Under the pieces are notes generated by a model. That model saw only the letters and a list, made by a program, of their open reading frames with translations. It ran no database searches and was not told the origin of the DNA. The position numbers and the translations under genes were made by a program. This document shows positions 23,311 through 25,243 of a DNA stretch of 25,243 nt, in pieces (the stretch's first letter is position 1; the number at the start of each line of letters is the position of its first letter). The DNA comes from a virus (taxonomy: Duplodnaviria; Caudoviricetes), in IMG/VR virus record IMGVR_UViG_3300031951_001115, positions 1 to 25,243 of that record; one strand, given 5' to 3'.

Positions 23311-23622
23311 ATGCTGATCAGAGGTCAAGAAGTAAAAGAGGGTCCAAAGCAGTTACCTGCCAACCCTAAGCTTTACAACATGGTTAGAACCCAAGCAAAA
23401 ACTCGTTTTTCAAAACAATCTCCTGCATCTGCTCACTGGATACACGCAAAGTATGTTCAGATGGGTGGAAAGTTTGTAGACTCAAAGAAAGACATTGATC
23501 CTCGATTCAGAGACTACGTAGAAGAAGAAAAAGAGAAAAAAGAAAAGGCAATGAAGAAAAAGGTTACCAAGCCAGTTGGCAAGGGAACCATTGCCGGTGA
23601 ATCTTTCCGACGCCACTTTTAG
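23311..23622 (+). CDS. Basic hypothetical phage protein
   Basis: AAGGA RBS; PANPKLYN...AK.RF...W....Y..MGGKF motif. Confidence 0.75.
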   Translation: MLIRGQEVKEGPKQLPANPKLYNMVRTQAKTRFSKQSPASAHWIHAKYVQMGGKFVDSKKDIDPRFRDYVEEEKEKKEKAMKKKVTKPVGKGTIAGESFRRHF

Positions 23623-23677
23623 CGGTTTGTCGACATTTGTGTTAGTCTATACGTATTAGAAGTAGAAGGGTGTTTTG

Positions 23678-25243
23678 GTGAGCGGTAGCGGTATTGATTT
23701 CTCCCCTCCCAGTTATAGGGCAGCCTCTTCTGATTTAACAATCTCCATCTCCCCGCTTGGTTTAGTAGAGCTTGCAGATGAAGAGTTTGAAGTCCATGGC
23801 CCACGTCTAAATCGTTACTCCCTTAACTGGGCAATGTATCTAGGCCATCACTATTCATATCGCCGTCAAACAGGCGAAACTCAGATGGTAATGAATTACT
23901 ATCGTGCTTTTACCGACTTTGTACTTAACTTTACTTTTGGTAAAGGCGTTAATTTTAGATCCCCAAAAGAAACAGAAGCTATTGTCCCAGACCTACTAGA
24001 GCGTGTGTGGGAAGTAGATAACAACAAAGCCACAGTATTGTGGGAAATCGGACAACAAGGCGGTGTATCAGGTGATTGCTTTATTAAAGTTGCTTATGAA
24101 GAAGCGTGGACTGATCCCTCTGGCCTTATCCACCCTGGCCGTGTGCGTATTCTTCCTCTTAACTCATCTTTCGCTTTTCCAGAGTTTCATCCTCATGACC
24201 GCGAGCGCCTTATTCGTTTTAAGCTCAAGTATCGTTTCTGGGGCACTTCGCTTGAAGGAACGCGTCAAGTATTTACTTACACAGAAATCTTAACTGACGA
24301 TGTTATTGAAGAGTACATCAACGACGAACTTATTGACTCTCGCCCGAACCCGCTCGGGACAATTCCTATTGTTCACATTCCAAATGTGCGTATTAGTGGC
24401 AGCCCTTGGGGTCTTTCTGATTGCAATGATATTATCAATATTAACCGCACTTACAACGAGACCGCTACGGATGTTGCTGACATTGTTAACTATCACGCAG
24501 CGCCGGTCACAATCATCATCGGTGCAAAGGCTTCTCAACTTGAGAAAGGCGCTAATAAAGTCTGGGGAGGACTACCAAAAGACGCAAAGGTAGAAAACCT
24601 AGAAGGCGGATCTCAAGGTCTTAAGGGAGCTATGGAGTTCTTGGCTTTAATCAAGAAGTCTATGCACGAAATGATTGGTGTTCCAGAGACAGCTCTTGGC
24701 CAAGCGCAGCCAATTTCAAACACATCTGGCGTGGCATTATCTATTCAGTTCCAGCCTTTGATGAACCGCTACCATCAAAAGATCATTCAATATGCTCACG
24801 GACTAGAGCGAGTAAATGAGTTAATTTTAAGAAGCCTTGCAATTAAGGAACCAGAAACTTTTGTTTGGAAAGCGGAAGTAAATACCCCTATTAAACCTGG
24901 TCAGTTAGACAAGTTAGATCCACAAGATCCTATTACGTACCAATCTTATGTTCACTTCCCACAGCCTCTCCCACTAGATAAGTTGATTGCTTTGAACGAA
25001 GTTCAATCACTTTTGTCATTGGGATTAGAGTCTAAAGAGGGAGCTTTACGCACATTAGGTGAAGAGTTCCCAGCTGAAAAGCTACAAGAAATTCGCCAAG
25101 AACTTCGTGACGATGCTGTATCTGACGGAGCATTAAAGCTACTTCAAACACAGATCGAACAAGAAATTATGCAATTAACAGGTGGAATGGCTACCCCAGA
25201 AATGGGTGGACCAGGAGTAAATGCAGGTGGTGGAGCTATGACA
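23678..25243 (+). CDS. Portal protein (SPP1 gp6-like), truncated at the window end
   Basis: Open frame from GTG 23678 (GAAGGG RBS) to the end, absent from the ORF track because it has no stop. MSGSGIDFSPPSY...NPLGTIPIVHIPN...WGLSD...SNTSGVALSIQFQPL; lies downstream of terL. Confidence 0.88.
   Translation, partial: MSGSGIDFSPPSYRAASSDLTISISPLGLVELADEEFEVHGPRLNRYSLNWAMYLGHHYSYRRQTGETQMVMNYYRAFTDFVLNFTFGKGVNFRSPKETEAIVPDLLERVWEVDNNKATVLWEIGQQGGVSGDCFIKVAYEEAWTDPSGLIHPGRVRILPLNSSFAFPEFHPHDRERLIRFKLKYRFWGTSLEGTRQVFTYTEILTDDVIEEYINDELIDSRPNPLGTIPIVHIPNVRISGSPWGLSDCNDIININRTYNETATDVADIVNYHAAPVTIIIGAKASQLEKGANKVWGGLPKDAKVENLEGGSQGLKGAMEFLALIKKSMHEMIGVPETALGQAQPISNTSGVALSIQFQPLMNRYHQKIIQYAHGLERVNELILRSLAIKEPETFVWKAEVNTPIKPGQLDKLDPQDPITYQSYVHFPQPLPLDKLIALNEVQSLLSLGLESKEGALRTLGEEFPAEKLQEIRQELRDDAVSDGALKLLQTQIEQEIMQLTGGMATPEMGGPGVNAGGGAMT

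Noticed and set aside
23619-24593. Short ORFs listed over the right end (23619..23804, 24063..24293, 24290..24538, 24300..24593)
   Set aside because: They overlap the continuous portal reading frame that starts at 23678.
1-25243. tRNA/rRNA genes, integrase or transposase, stop-codon reassignment
   Set aside because: No cloverleaf or T-loop signature seen in the short intergenic gaps and no recombinase motifs. Genes tile densely under the standard code, with TAA, TAG and TGA all used as stops.

Overview
The window is a segment of a tailed dsDNA phage genome, most likely infecting Actinobacteria and resembling freshwater actinophages. The basis is a WhiB regulator, a DUF7455-like Cys/His protein, leaderless promoters, a CHAP lysin, a terminase large subunit and an SPP1-gp6-like portal that runs off the right end. 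Bases 1-2980 hold leftward, probably early genes (an ArdC-like antirestriction protein and small Zn-finger or hypothetical proteins) in repeated cassettes. Each cassette has a terminator hairpin, a CAACACAAACATT box, a G-tract and a composite promoter. These promoters carry an ATAACA-N5-ATAAC direct repeat, a CGACACGCCG box next to the -35, PafBC/RecA-NDp-like motifs and one perfect DnaA box, which suggests transcription wired to host cell-cycle and DNA-damage regulators. From about 3000 onward the genes run rightward: a block of Lys/Pro/Ala-rich low-complexity proteins, an HNH protein, a 900+ aa membrane-anchored surface protein, holin-like genes with the CHAP lysin, and fibre-like proteins (one with a C-terminal Hint domain, one with a split PASTA domain). 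An inverted transglycosylase-whiB operon, a KTSC protein, terL and portal follow. Hand-read non-coding signals include a candidate late promoter (TTTAGnnnGW-N19-nAnnnT, 7 copies) and a candidate ~70-nt sRNA with an anti-Shine-Dalgarno loop just upstream of terL. All family assignments come from motif recognition; no database search was run.
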